From Myxococcota bacterium (lineage in GTDB: Bacteria; Myxococcota_A; Polyangia; Polyangiales; Houyiibacteriaceae): a stretch of 36,955 nucleotides of DNA. Positions 7,601-16,602 of the stretch are shown here, one piece after another. A program made the translations under genes and the position numbers. The DNA lies in assembly GCA_039201085.1 (NCBI GenBank), contig JBCCRV010000003.1:1-36955 (forward strand), read 5' to 3'. Position 1 is the stretch's first letter. Every line of letters starts with the position of its first letter. The notes beneath the pieces are model-generated. The model saw nothing but the letters and a program-made list of their open reading frames with translations. It was not told the DNA's origin and made no database searches.

Positions 7601-9955
7601 CAGCTTCGGGTAATCGCTTCGCCGCGCGTAGACGCGCTCGAGGCCCTTGAGGGCGTCGATGCTCGTTCCATCGAGGGCGAGGGCCGCTTCGTACTGGACC
7701 GTGGCCTTGTCGAAATCGTCGAGGCGATCTTCGTAGAGCTCGGCAAGCTTGAGGTGCGCTTCGACCTTCCGGCCACCCGTGGTCTGACGAACGCGCTTTT
7801 GCAGGAGCTCGGCCAGTTCGGCCCACTCGCTTCGCGCTTCGTGCAGCGACGCGATGGCGTCCAGCGCCTGCGGGTGCGCCGGGTCGTCCTTCAGCACGTT
7901 CTGAAAGATCATCATCGCTGAGTCTTGATCGCTCAGCTTGCGCAGCACGATGTCGCCGGCTTGGGCCAGGTAGTCGCGGGCGGCGGCAGGGTTGCTCGAC
8001 GCTTCGGCGCGGCTTTGAAGGAGCTGGGCGAGCTCCTGCCACGACTGGGCCTTCGTGTAGAGCTCGGTCAGTCCGTCGTACGCATCGTCGGCGGAGGGAT
8101 CGAGCTGCAGCGCCTGCGCGTAGCAGGGGAGCGCAAAGTCCGGCCGCTGAAGGGAGCCCTGGTACCAGCCGCCCATGAGCACGTAGAGCACGACGGCGTC
8201 GCTTGGGTCTTCTGGGTCGGCCGCGGCTTCTCCGAGACTGGTGAGCACTTCGTTCCAGTTGTTCGCGTCCGAGCCGGCCAAGCGCTCGATCGCGCGCTGG
8301 GTCTTTTCGTCGCGCGGCTCGTCGGCGAGCGCCTGCGTCCACGCGACCAGGGCGTTTTCGGCGTCGCCGATCGACTCTTCGTACAGCTCGGCGATCTCCC
8401 GAAGCACGGCGGCACGTTCCGCCGTCGATTCGACGCGCTCTACGCGCTCGAGCAGGAGCTCGGCGAGGCCGTCGTGGTCGCCGTTCCGACGGCAGATCTC
8501 TTCGAGGCCGCTCAAGGCGATGGCGTTGCCTTCGTCGACCTCGCGCACCGCAGCGTAGGTCTCGCCGGCGGCGGCGCGGTCCGAAAGCTCGGCGTCCTGA
8601 ATGCGCGCGATGCGCAGCAGCAAGCCGGCCTTCACGTCATCCTTATCGGCCTTTTCGAGGGCCTCGCGGTAGACCGCGATGGCCTTGTCCCACGCGCCGG
8701 CGGGCGACGTGACCTCTTCGAGGGCCGTGGCGGCGTCGGCGCTTTCGGGCGAACCGAGGAGCTTCTTCTTGGCCTTGCCGAATGCCTTCTCGTCGAGGGC
8801 TTCCTTCTTTTCCTTCGACTTCGCGAGGGCCTCGATGGCCTCCCAGAATTCGCCAGCGCTGTGAAAGCGATCGGCCGGGTCCTTCGCGAGGGCCTTGAGC
8901 ACGAGGGCGTCGAGTGCCTTGTCGATCCAACCCTTAGGCGCATGCGCCGAGGGGGGCTCGGCCTCGCGCTCAAGGTGCTGGGCGATCACGTCGAAGGCGC
9001 TTGTTCCTTCAAAGGGCTTCTTGCCCGAAAGGGCTTCGTAGAGCGCCACGCCGGCGGCGTATACATCGCTCGACGCGGATACGTCGGCGCCGCGAGCCAT
9101 CTCGGGCGACACGGCGTGGGCGTTTCCGAACACGCGCAGCGCGCCGATCGCATCGGGCGAAGACGCACCGGCGGCGAGCAGGCGGTACGCACCGCCATCG
9201 ATGAGCACACCCGTCGGCTCGCCTCGGCTTCCGTCGTCCTTTGTCGGGCGCGTGATGAAGATATTCGCTGTCTTCACATCGCTGTGCACGAGGCCGGCGT
9301 CGTGAACGGACTGAAGGGCCTTCAGCAGACCGGTGAAGATCGGGCGGGCTTCGTTGAAGTGCATCGGACCGACGCGATCGATGCGCGCCGCCAGGGTCTG
9401 GCCCTCCAGAAAGTCCGTCGCGACCCATGGGCGGCCGTCGGGGAGGTAGCCGCAGCCGTGAATCTGACCCACGCCACCGGTGCTCGCCCGGCGAAAAGCA
9501 CGCTGGGCCGTCAGGTAGCGGGCCACGGCGCTGCGGTCGCGCGAAAGGGACGAACGAATCACTTTGATCGCCACGCGCACGCGCGTGTCGCCTTCGCCGC
9601 GATCGCCTAGGAAGACCTTGCCGAGGCCGCCATCGGCGAGCTTCTTACGCACGGTGAAATCACCGATGGACGAACCGGGCTCCGGTTCAGCGCCCATGCG
9701 CACATCGAAGACGCGGGCGATGTCCGCCGAACGCTTGCCCGCGAGCCGAACGGCATCGGCGAGGGCCTCGAGGGCTTCGTCCTTCGCCGCTTGTTCGACG
9801 AGGGCGCGGGCAAAGCTGCCCTTACCGGCGTCGCCCTCCCCCGATAGTTGGCCGGGGTCGTACCCCATGAGGTCGGCGGAGAGGTTCCGCATTTCTTCGA
9901 GGTCGAAGAGCCGCTCCAGCTCTCCGCGCATGAGGTCCGTCGTCTCTTGATTCAT
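4637..9955 (-). CDS. Large protein: N-terminal helical (EAD-like) domain, Ser/Thr kinase-like domain, long TPR solenoid, C-terminal M48-like domain
   Basis: 1772 aa. Kinase motifs LADGGLGKVF, VAIK, HSDVKTANI, IDGG, SPE and DVYAAG. Many TPR-like repeats (A..Y..AL.LDP....AL..L..LY). Confidence 0.9.
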   Translation of the reverse strand: MNQETTDLMRGELERLFDLEEMRNLSADLMGYDPGQLSGEGDAGKGSFARALVEQAAKDEALEALADAVRLAGKRSADIARVFDVRMGAEPEPGSSIGDFTVRKKLADGGLGKVFLGDRGEGDTRVRVAIKVIRSSLSRDRSAVARYLTAQRAFRRASTGGVGQIHGCGYLPDGRPWVATDFLEGQTLAARIDRVGPMHFNEARPIFTGLLKALQSVHDAGLVHSDVKTANIFITRPTKDDGSRGEPTGVLIDGGAYRLLAAGASSPDAIGALRVFGNAHAVSPEMARGADVSASSDVYAAGVALYEALSGKKPFEGTSAFDVIAQHLEREAEPPSAHAPKGWIDKALDALVLKALAKDPADRFHSAGEFWEAIEALAKSKEKKEALDEKAFGKAKKKLLGSPESADAATALEEVTSPAGAWDKAIAVYREALEKADKDDVKAGLLLRIARIQDAELSDRAAAGETYAAVREVDEGNAIALSGLEEICRRNGDHDGLAELLLERVERVESTAERAAVLREIAELYEESIGDAENALVAWTQALADEPRDEKTQRAIERLAGSDANNWNEVLTSLGEAAADPEDPSDAVVLYVLMGGWYQGSLQRPDFALPCYAQALQLDPSADDAYDGLTELYTKAQSWQELAQLLQSRAEASSNPAAARDYLAQAGDIVLRKLSDQDSAMMIFQNVLKDDPAHPQALDAIASLHEARSEWAELAELLQKRVRQTTGGRKVEAHLKLAELYEDRLDDFDKATVQYEAALALDGTSIDALKGLERVYARRSDYPKLLETLTKQLDVVATPRQKVAIHEHIGAIQEEEFVDPAAAAESYEAVVTIDGGHEAANVALARLYRTQGKHDELVRTLERHAEATTDDARRTDLLLRAARALMKEVGAPERALAICERVLADDPKNVEALGLSARLTAESGDASAAVAAVDRLAESASGSERAGHYVEAGRLLEEAGDKDRAIERYKRALEADPESTAASDALRSLYASRGDAQGAADLLRGELERTTSDLRKAKLHAELGDLYFRRLDDRTRAKESFEAALALDASSFEAARGLGDMAYDGGDAAAAAALYEPLLSRTGDLEKEEALEICLRTGDAFSSAGQLTKAQRAYLNARAFAPKDRSVLEKVAEVTFEAGEADEAAEFYGQLLEEFGDEIRGADRGRMLFRRGDALRRAGELDEAQKLLKEAAELLPDEKATLEALGQVQLDKGDFEGFITMSRHRMDHLDDDARFALLVKIGDVQLEKLEDRQKAAKSYVEALEIVPDDRNLLTKLMGVYSESRDWSRLVEVILRIAELVTDPSQLSKYYLTAAAIAHRELKRSGEAADYYAQALDHNPGLDKAWDGLVATLTDDGAWSELASAYQSRIERRAGAPEEERAALYDALGALYNEQIGDPAKAAEAYESAHELDGDSRARLETLVAIYEQDPKRFFRKAIDAHGAILRLSPYRVESYQALRKIYAGRNLEDEEWCVCQTLKALGMAGPEEESLYKAHKPKHPAAAQEFFGEDHWFNHLIHPDQDPLLTDIFAAIAPAACRASAQALGAYDLDGASPRDASSDKSEMVKTLAYAAGVTQITLPPVYYRESDPGGLSVLFTEAPALGVGKGALAGGPPQALAFVASRQLTYFRNGLIMRLLAGSGSALRAWLLGAIKVATPAFPVPPKLKSKVDARAASLREHLGRPEQDRLVGLVQKLLSAAPELDMKKWIAAVDLTADRVGFVMSNSLELAAAVIKASPADAMPQKERLQELYLYSASPAYMQLREKIGVSIDA

Positions 9956-10159
9956 TCGCTTTGATCGCCGCCCGCGGCCGGCAGGGCCGCTCAGGGGGAG
10001 CGGATAGTAGCGACGATCGGCACGAGGCGAAAGGCGACGATGCTCAATTGGTTAGCGCGCCAGAAAAGACCAAAAAGCGCCGAAAAATCCGTGGTTTTTC
10101 GAGCTGTCCAGCAGGGCAGACATGGACCGAAGGCCCGGTCTGCCCTGCTGGCGCTTTGC

Positions 10160-11518
10160 TTAGGCCGCTGGGCGCTTCACCCCGAGGTTTCTGCGGGGCA
10201 CCTCGGGCAAGAGGCGGAAGCCCCCCACCTGCCGCCATAGGCGGCGATGCAGCAACGCCGCTTGAACAGCGATCTGCAGGCAGAAGCCGACCCACCCGCC
10301 GACGGCGCCGTAGCCCATGCGAACGCCGAGGAAGTAGGCGAGGGGCGGCGTGAAGATCCACGCGGCCGCTACGCCGACGACGGCGGCGTAACGCACATCG
10401 CCGATGCCGCGAAGGATCGCGGCGGCGGTGATGCCCAGGCCGTCGAAGACCTGAAAGAGTCCGCCGAGCAAGAGCAGCGCGGCGATCGCATCCAAGAGCT
10501 CGCCCTCCTCCGCGAAGAAGCCCGCGATGAAGTAGCGGCCGAGGCCGAGAGCCACGAACCAGACCGCGCCGTGCCAGAGCGAAAAGCGCAAGGCGATGCG
10601 CGACACGCGATGCACCAGGCTCAGCCGATCCGCGCCCCAGGCCTGGCCTGCCAGCGAGGAGCAGGCTTCGCCAAGGGCCACCATCGGCAGGAAGACGAAG
10701 TGCATGAACTGGAGCGCCACTTGGTGCGCCGCCATTTCACGCTCCGGTAGGGTCGACAGGATCGCCGCCAAGACGGCGAAGGTGCCGATCTCGAGCACGA
10801 ACTGCACGCCCGTGGGCGAGCCGATGGCGACGAGCTCGCGCAAGTGGCGCGCGCGCGGCAAAGCCATCGAATCGCGCCGGGGAAAGAGCGCCAGCATCTG
10901 CACGGTGAACGCCGCGACGCTCGCCCATGCGGCGCCGGCGACGCCCCAGTCGAGGTGCAAAACGAGCAGCACGTCCAACCCGATGTTCACCGCGTTGGCC
11001 AAGAGCGCAGCGCGCATGGGCGAAGTGCTGTCACCGATGCCGTAGCGAACTTCGCGCTGCGACACGTACACCATGGCGGGAAAGCCCGCGAAGGCGATGA
11101 CCCGCCCATAGTTCAGCGCTTCGCGCCCGGCGCCGCCCGATGCCGCAAGCACAGGGAGGGCGTACGATGCGGCATAGACGAGCACGCTGACGACCACGCC
11201 CAGCGCGACGCCCGCCACGAGGGACGCGCCGGCGTGCAAACGCACCTCCAACGCGTCACCCGCGCCAAAGGCCTGGGCGACGAGTGTCTTCGCACCGCGG
11301 GCAAAGCCGAAGCCAAAGCCGGCGAAGGTGAAGAAGGACACGCTCGCAAGGCCGACGCCGGCCAAGGCCGAAGCCCCTAGGCTCGATACGCACAGCGTGT
11401 CGACGAGGGCGATAACGGCGTGCGAGACCATCGAAACGGCGATCGGCCCGGCCATTGTCAGCACGGCGCGACGGGGCGACGAGGCCCATTCGAGGTTGGG
11501 TTGGCGATGGTGAGTCAT
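10160..11518 (-). CDS. MATE family efflux transporter
   Basis: 452 aa with ~12 hydrophobic segments. Motifs AGPIAVSM...VDTL, VAQAFGAGD, GIGDSTSPM, NIGLD...WGVAGAAWAS, AAHQVA, FQVFDGL, LRGIGD. Confidence 0.93.
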   Translation of the reverse strand: MTHHRQPNLEWASSPRRAVLTMAGPIAVSMVSHAVIALVDTLCVSSLGASALAGVGLASVSFFTFAGFGFGFARGAKTLVAQAFGAGDALEVRLHAGASLVAGVALGVVVSVLVYAASYALPVLAASGGAGREALNYGRVIAFAGFPAMVYVSQREVRYGIGDSTSPMRAALLANAVNIGLDVLLVLHLDWGVAGAAWASVAAFTVQMLALFPRRDSMALPRARHLRELVAIGSPTGVQFVLEIGTFAVLAAILSTLPEREMAAHQVALQFMHFVFLPMVALGEACSSLAGQAWGADRLSLVHRVSRIALRFSLWHGAVWFVALGLGRYFIAGFFAEEGELLDAIAALLLLGGLFQVFDGLGITAAAILRGIGDVRYAAVVGVAAAWIFTPPLAYFLGVRMGYGAVGGWVGFCLQIAVQAALLHRRLWRQVGGFRLLPEVPRRNLGVKRPAA

Positions 11519-11749
11519 GGGAAACTCCGCTGGAAGAAGGTTCTAAGTACGAAACGAAACGATGAAAGTTCGGGGTGGGAGAAAAGGCCGGCGCGCCGCG
11601 TGAAGAAACGGCGGCCACCGGGGCGCGCGAAAAAGTCGCGTAGGCGGTGCAGCGAGCCACGCGTGCCGCGAAATCCGCAGGGCAGGCGAAGTCAGCAGGG
11701 CGAGGGGACCCTCCAAGCAGGGTCCGACGTCAACGAGCTGAAGGGGGGC

Positions 11750-11881
11750 TCAGCCGAGGCTGAGCTTCAGCTGCTGGCGCGTACGCCACAGGCGGCCCGA
11801 GCCGCTCGCGCTTGGACAAACGGATGGCATCACCGGGTTCACGGTCGCGATAGCAATTGCGATGTTCGTGTGGGTGATCAT
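11750..11881 (-). CDS. Possible 43-aa leader peptide/small ORF upstream of the MATE gene
   Basis: ATG at 11881 preceded by GGGACGGA. Sequence MITHTNIAIAIATVNPVMPSVCPSASGSGRLWRTRQQLKLSLG*. The stop codon lies inside a strong hairpin (11736-11772). Confidence 0.3.
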   Translation of the reverse strand: MITHTNIAIAIATVNPVMPSVCPSASGSGRLWRTRQQLKLSLG

Positions 11882-12230
11882 GGGTCCGTCCCCTAGCCGC
11901 AGACTGGCAAATGGCGCAGCAACGTCAAGGGTGGGAAACGACTTTTTTCTCCGCTCGAACGGAGGCGGGGGAAGAAGCTGGCTCACGCAGGATTTCATCG
12001 TGTCCAGGGTCTCCTCAAGCCGTCATCGCGTCGCTAAAACGGTTGCCCTATCAACCACGCGTTGGCGGGTCGTCAGACCGTTTCAAGAGTCTGACGCGCA
12101 GTCCTTCGTGCCCCGCTCATGACCGACGACGATTCGAGGAAGTCAATGCCGTTCGGGAGGAAACGTGAAGCGCGTGAGGCGCCTTGGACTCAGCCCACGT
12201 CGTTCGAGCCCGGTGTGCGCCGCGCCTTCG

Positions 12231-13889
12231 CTAGCGACCCGTGGCGTCCTTGCGAAGCGCCGCTTCCGCCGCCTCTACGGCATCGCGAAGGGTCATCTTT
12301 TCGTAGCGCAGCGTAGACACGCCCGCCGCGAGTGAAATGCGAAAGGCGCCGCCGACCCCTTCAAAGGAAAGGGCGCCGACCTCTTCTTGCAGGCGCGCGA
12401 TGGCTGGCGCAATTTGCGCGCCGAGCGTGTTCGGGAACGCGAGCGCAAAGGTGTCGCGGGCCCACAGGCCTCGCAGGTCCTCGAGGCGAAAGCGTGCACG
12501 AATCAGCTCGGCGCAGCGCCGCGTGGCGGCCGTAGCGCCTTCATCGCCGCGACGGGCCGCAAGCCCCGCCGCGCCCTCGATCGTCACGAAGGCAATGGCG
12601 ATCGGTGCGCGCGCGCGTCGCGCCGCCGCCGCGCGCGCACGAAGCGCTTGAATGAACTGCGCGCGGCGCGGCAAGCGCGTGAGCCGGTCTGGTGCCGCAG
12701 CCAGCCGGATGCGGACCGATCCCGCGATGCGCGCCACCGTCGCGGCGGACGCCTGCTCGAAGACCTGCGATGCGCCCGACTGAAAGAGCGCATCGCTCGG
12801 CGAAAGGCCCGTGACGATCAGTGCGGGCTCGGCGCCGCCTTCGCTCATGCGAATCGCCGAAAGGCTACCGGCAGCCGAGCCGTCGATGACGACGGCGTGC
12901 GGCATCCAATCCGTGAGGCTCGTGCGTACGCGCTCCCATTCACGGGCACGTCGTACGCGCACCGTTTCGCGCTCGAGTGCATCGGCCACGCCGACGGCAC
13001 CGCCCTGCGTCCAAACGAGCACGCGCGGAGGGCTGCGGTCGGCCATGGCCGACATGTGCTGAACGGCGGCGCTCAGGGTCGTGGCGTTGATCGGTTCGAC
13101 GAGAAACTGATCGGCCCCCATCGCCTCCGCCACGCTGCGACTGCCGGGCGCATCGGTGGCGGCGATCACCGCCACGCGAGGACGCTCGATGAACGCCTCG
13201 AGGGCGAGACCCGCCTCACCGGGGCGGCCAAAGGGAAGCGAAAGAATGACGAGCTCGCCGTCCGGCGCTTCGCCCTCGCGAAGCTCGGCGCTCGTGTGCC
13301 ACTCGACGGGCAGCAGCGACGCTTCGAGGCTGCGCCGGACGAAGCTCGCCTGCGCTTCGTCGTCGCTAAGAATGACGACGCGCGGGCCGAAAAGATCCGT
13401 CGCAAGGGGCATGGTCGTGCTGGGCGTGTGCGCATGCACGGGGGCCGGCTCTTCGAGCTTCACCTCGTTCAGGGCGCCGAGCTCGCGCTCGATCGCGCTG
13501 AGGTCGATCTTCATGCTCGTGCGCCGCCGCATGGGCAGCGCGGAGCGCACGGTGCGCGCGAAATCGCCGGGATCGATCGGCTTGTGCACCACTTCCGTGA
13601 CGCCGAGCTCGCTGAGCCGACGAAAGGACTCGAGGTCCCGAAAGAAGGCGGAGACAAAGACGATCGGCGTCATCGCCCCGGATTCCCGGACGGCTTCGAT
13701 CCAGCGGAGACCCGTCGTATCGGGCAGGAGCCCGTCTACGATGACCGCATCGAAGCGCTCGGCCTGAAAGCGCTCGAGTCCGTCCCGCCCCTTTGCGGCT
13801 TCGCTGACGTCGATGCCGCCTTCCTCGAGGGCAGCACGCGCGAGGGCGCGAAACGCCTCGTCGTCGTCGATGAGAAGCACGTGGGGCAC
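12231..13889 (-). CDS. Response regulator: intact REC, degenerate REC-like domains and degenerate GGDEF domain
   Basis: HVLLIDDD...IVDGLLPD...FVSA...HKP forms an intact receiver. The C-terminus has DRLTRLPRR and RFRLEDLRGLWARDTFAL, with WARDTF in place of (Y)GGEEF, then ISLAAGVS. Confidence 0.85.
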   Translation of the reverse strand: MPHVLLIDDDEAFRALARAALEEGGIDVSEAAKGRDGLERFQAERFDAVIVDGLLPDTTGLRWIEAVRESGAMTPIVFVSAFFRDLESFRRLSELGVTEVVHKPIDPGDFARTVRSALPMRRRTSMKIDLSAIERELGALNEVKLEEPAPVHAHTPSTTMPLATDLFGPRVVILSDDEAQASFVRRSLEASLLPVEWHTSAELREGEAPDGELVILSLPFGRPGEAGLALEAFIERPRVAVIAATDAPGSRSVAEAMGADQFLVEPINATTLSAAVQHMSAMADRSPPRVLVWTQGGAVGVADALERETVRVRRAREWERVRTSLTDWMPHAVVIDGSAAGSLSAIRMSEGGAEPALIVTGLSPSDALFQSGASQVFEQASAATVARIAGSVRIRLAAAPDRLTRLPRRAQFIQALRARAAAARRARAPIAIAFVTIEGAAGLAARRGDEGATAATRRCAELIRARFRLEDLRGLWARDTFALAFPNTLGAQIAPAIARLQEEVGALSFEGVGGAFRISLAAGVSTLRYEKMTLRDAVEAAEAALRKDATGR

Positions 13890-13973
13890 GCCCAATGATG
13901 GCAAAGCACCCCAAATAACGGAAATTTACGGACCCGTTGACGGCCATCGCCGGCGGCGTCAGTGTCCCCAGCC

Positions 13974-14276
13974 ATGACGAAGATTCGGTTCGAACCCGCT
14001 GGTTTTGATGTCGAAGTGGAGGCGCCCGTGGCGCTCATCGACGTGACGGACGAGTACCCCGACGCCGACGTGCCCTTTAGCTGCCGTTCGGCCAGCTGCG
14101 GCACCTGTCGAGTGAAGGTCGGCGCCGGCGCCGACGGCCTGGTGCCAGCGGAAGAAGACGAACTCGAGGTGCTCCGGCTCTTCGAAGACGGGCCGGACGT
14201 ACGCCTCTGCTGCCAGTTGGAGCTCGCCAAGGGCGTCGAGAAGCTCGAGCTCGAAGTTGTCGATCCGCTGGGCTGA
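13974..14276 (+). CDS. 2Fe-2S ferredoxin
   Basis: CRSASCGTC...RLCCQ pattern of adrenodoxin/plant-type ferredoxins; 100 aa, acidic. Confidence 0.92.
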   Translation: MTKIRFEPAGFDVEVEAPVALIDVTDEYPDADVPFSCRSASCGTCRVKVGAGADGLVPAEEDELEVLRLFEDGPDVRLCCQLELAKGVEKLELEVVDPLG

Positions 14277-14312
14277 GCTGAACTGAACTGCGTGGAGCTG
14301 AACTTAGCTGAT
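14273..14312. repeat. Degenerate 5-bp tandem repeat (CTGAR)n
   Basis: ctgag ctgaa ctgaa ctgcg tggag ctgaa cttag ctgat, starting at the ferredoxin stop codon. Confidence 0.7.
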
Positions 14313-14395
14313 CGACCGGGTGGAACAACCGAGCGGAGCGCTCGGCCCCTCGATCGCTTTGGCTCAGGCATGCGCCCGACTGATAGTCTGCACCC

Positions 14396-15727
14396 GTGAC
14401 GGCCTTCGCCCAAGCCTTCGAGGAAGTGCTTGGCGCCGCCGTCGCCATCGACGCCCAGCTTCGAATCGTGGCGATGACGCCCGACGCCGAAGCGCTCCTC
14501 GGCGCTCCGCGCGTTGGCACGCCACTCGTTCAGGTGCTCTGCGGCCAGGCGGAAAAGCGGCCCGTTGCCGAGGCGCTCTCACGCGGTGCGGCGGTCACGG
14601 CGGAAGTGCCACGGCCGGGCGCTGAAGGAGAAGCGCTTGTGCTGCGCGTGCGCACGATTCCGCGACGACGTGGTGGCGCACTCGTCGGCCATGTCGTGCT
14701 CCTCGAAGCGACGACGGCGGCCGAAGGCTCCATAACGCGGTGGGGCATGACGACGGCGGCGCCGGCGATGAAGGCGCTCTTTCGTCAGATCGAACGGGTC
14801 GCCCGCCGCGACAGCACGGTGCTCGTCCGGGGTGAATCCGGCACGGGGAAGGAGCTCGTTGCCCGCGCCGTCCATGACGCGTCGCCTCGGCGCGAGCGGC
14901 CCTTTCGCGCAGTGAACTGCGCCGCCCTACCGCCCCAACTGCTCGAAAGCACGCTCTTTGGCCACGTGCGCGGCGCCTTCACCGGTGCCGTCCGCGATTC
15001 GCTTGGGCTCTTTCGCAGCGCCGAAGGCGGCACGCTTTTTCTCGACGAGATCGCGGAGCTGCCCCTGCCCACGCAAGCGAAGCTGCTGCGCGTGCTGCAG
15101 GAGCGTGTGGTTGTGCCCGTCGGTGGCCACGAACCGATCGCCGTCGACGTGCGCATCGCCAGCGCCACGCACCGGGCGCTGCGTGAGGAAGTCCGCGAGG
15201 GCCGGTTTCGTGAAGACCTGCTCTACCGGGTGCGCGTCATTCCGCTGCGCCTGCCGCCGCTGCGCGAACGGGTCGGCGACGTGAAACTGCTGGCGATGCG
15301 CTTTGCCGAAGGGCTCACCGACGAGACGCGACGCGTCACGGCGATCGGCGACGCTGCCCTCGGACTACTCGAGCGCTACGACTTTCCCGGCAATGTACGG
15401 GAGCTGGCCAACGTCATCGAGTACGCCTTCACCATGGGCGAAGGCCCCGTTCTGCTGGAGTCGGACTTGCCGCCGGAGCTTCGCAACGCCGATCGACTCG
15501 AAAGCGTGAACGTGCCCGAAGGCGGCACGACCGATGGTCTCGACGACCAACAGCGCCGGCTCGTTCGGGTGCTGGAACGAACGGGCGGTCACCGGGGCCG
15601 CGCAGCGGCCATTCTCGGACTCTCGCGCAGCACGCTCTGGCGCCGCCTCAAAGAGATCGAATCACTCCGGGATGGAACGCGGGGTGAAAAAACGCTGGGC
15701 GAGCTTCATGCCGACGAGCATCGATAG
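14396..15727 (+). CDS. Sigma54-dependent enhancer-binding protein (PAS-like + AAA+ + Fis HTH)
   Basis: [45 protein letters not shown] and [21 protein letters not shown]. Confidence 0.95.
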   Translation: MTAFAQAFEEVLGAAVAIDAQLRIVAMTPDAEALLGAPRVGTPLVQVLCGQAEKRPVAEALSRGAAVTAEVPRPGAEGEALVLRVRTIPRRRGGALVGHVVLLEATTAAEGSITRWGMTTAAPAMKALFRQIERVARRDSTVLVRGESGTGKELVARAVHDASPRRERPFRAVNCAALPPQLLESTLFGHVRGAFTGAVRDSLGLFRSAEGGTLFLDEIAELPLPTQAKLLRVLQERVVVPVGGHEPIAVDVRIASATHRALREEVREGRFREDLLYRVRVIPLRLPPLRERVGDVKLLAMRFAEGLTDETRRVTAIGDAALGLLERYDFPGNVRELANVIEYAFTMGEGPVLLESDLPPELRNADRLESVNVPEGGTTDGLDDQQRRLVRVLERTGGHRGRAAAILGLSRSTLWRRLKEIESLRDGTRGEKTLGELHADEHR

Positions 15728-16114
15728 AACGAGCACAAGCGAATCGGCAAAAGCACCGGACGTGAGGGCGTAGCCCGCGGAGGCAAGGGCCGGCCCGGGA
15801 CAGTAGCCGGCCAGTCCCCATCCGATGCCGAAGAGCGCCGCGCCGCCGATAAGGCGCAGGTCGATGTCCGTCCTGGTCGGCAGCCGAAAGCGATCGCCAA
15901 AGATCGGCCGGCCACGCCGCTGGGCGAGACGCAGAACGGGCATGAACACCAGCAAGCCGCCACCCATCACGAAGGCGAGCGAGGGATCCCACGAAGCGAA
16001 GCCGTCGCTAAAGTCGAAGAAGCCGATCACCTTCGAAGGCAAGGTCATGCCGCCAAGGGCCAGGCCTGCCGCGAAAACGAGACCGGCGATGAACGCGACG
16101 CTCTGCTGCTTCAC
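15662..16114 (-). CDS. YeeE/YedE family sulfur transporter subunit (PmpB/DUF6691-like)
   Basis: [24 protein letters not shown]...WDPSLAFVM and [19 protein letters not shown]. Confidence 0.92.
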   Translation of the reverse strand: MKQQSVAFIAGLVFAAGLALGGMTLPSKVIGFFDFSDGFASWDPSLAFVMGGGLLVFMPVLRLAQRRGRPIFGDRFRLPTRTDIDLRLIGGAALFGIGWGLAGYCPGPALASAGYALTSGAFADSLVLVLSMLVGMKLAQRFFTPRSIPE

Positions 16115-16542
16115 CGTGCCGCCTCCGTCAGCGGCCCGTGCATAAGCGCCACGGTGATCGCCGCCGTGACCATGAAGGTAAGCACCGCCGCGAGTGAACG
16201 GCCGGAAAAGCGGCTCAAACCGCAGATGCCGTGACCGCTCGTGCAGCCGCTGCCGAGCTGGGTGCCCACGCCCACGAAAAGGCCCGCGGCGATCAGCGAG
16301 CCGTACGAGCGAGGAACGACGTCAAAGGCGCTCGCGTCGAAGAAACCCCACACGGCGCCTCCGATCAACAGGCCGAAGACGAAAAGCAGGCGCCAGCCAA
16401 GGTCGGAGCGCTGGAACCGGAGCACGCCGCCGGCGATGCCGCTGACGCCGGCGATCCGCCCGTTGAACAAAAAAACAAGGGCGCTTGCCAAACCGATAAG
16501 CAAGCCACCGAGGAGTGACTGAATGGGGGTGAAGTTCTCCAT
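16111..16542 (-). CDS. YeeE/YedE family sulfur transporter subunit (PmpA-like)
   Basis: MENFTPIQSLLGGLLIGLAS...NGRIAGVSGI and GTQLGSGCTSGHGICGLSRFS.RS. 4-bp overlap with the downstream gene. Confidence 0.93.
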   Translation of the reverse strand: MENFTPIQSLLGGLLIGLASALVFLFNGRIAGVSGIAGGVLRFQRSDLGWRLLFVFGLLIGGAVWGFFDASAFDVVPRSYGSLIAAGLFVGVGTQLGSGCTSGHGICGLSRFSGRSLAAVLTFMVTAAITVALMHGPLTEAAR

Positions 16543-16555
16543 CGCGCCTCGCCGC

Positions 16556-16571
16556 AGCATGGAGCGTGCCA
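16556..16571 (-). promoter_or_regulatory. Sigma54 -24/-12 promoter for the YeeE/YedE pair
   Basis: Minus strand reads TGGCACGCTCCATGCT, matching TGGCAC-N5-(T/A)TGC with correct GG/GC spacing, just upstream of the ATG at 16542. Confidence 0.8.
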
Positions 16572-16602
16572 CCAAAACTGCAGCGACGCTTTCGGCCGGG
16601 CG

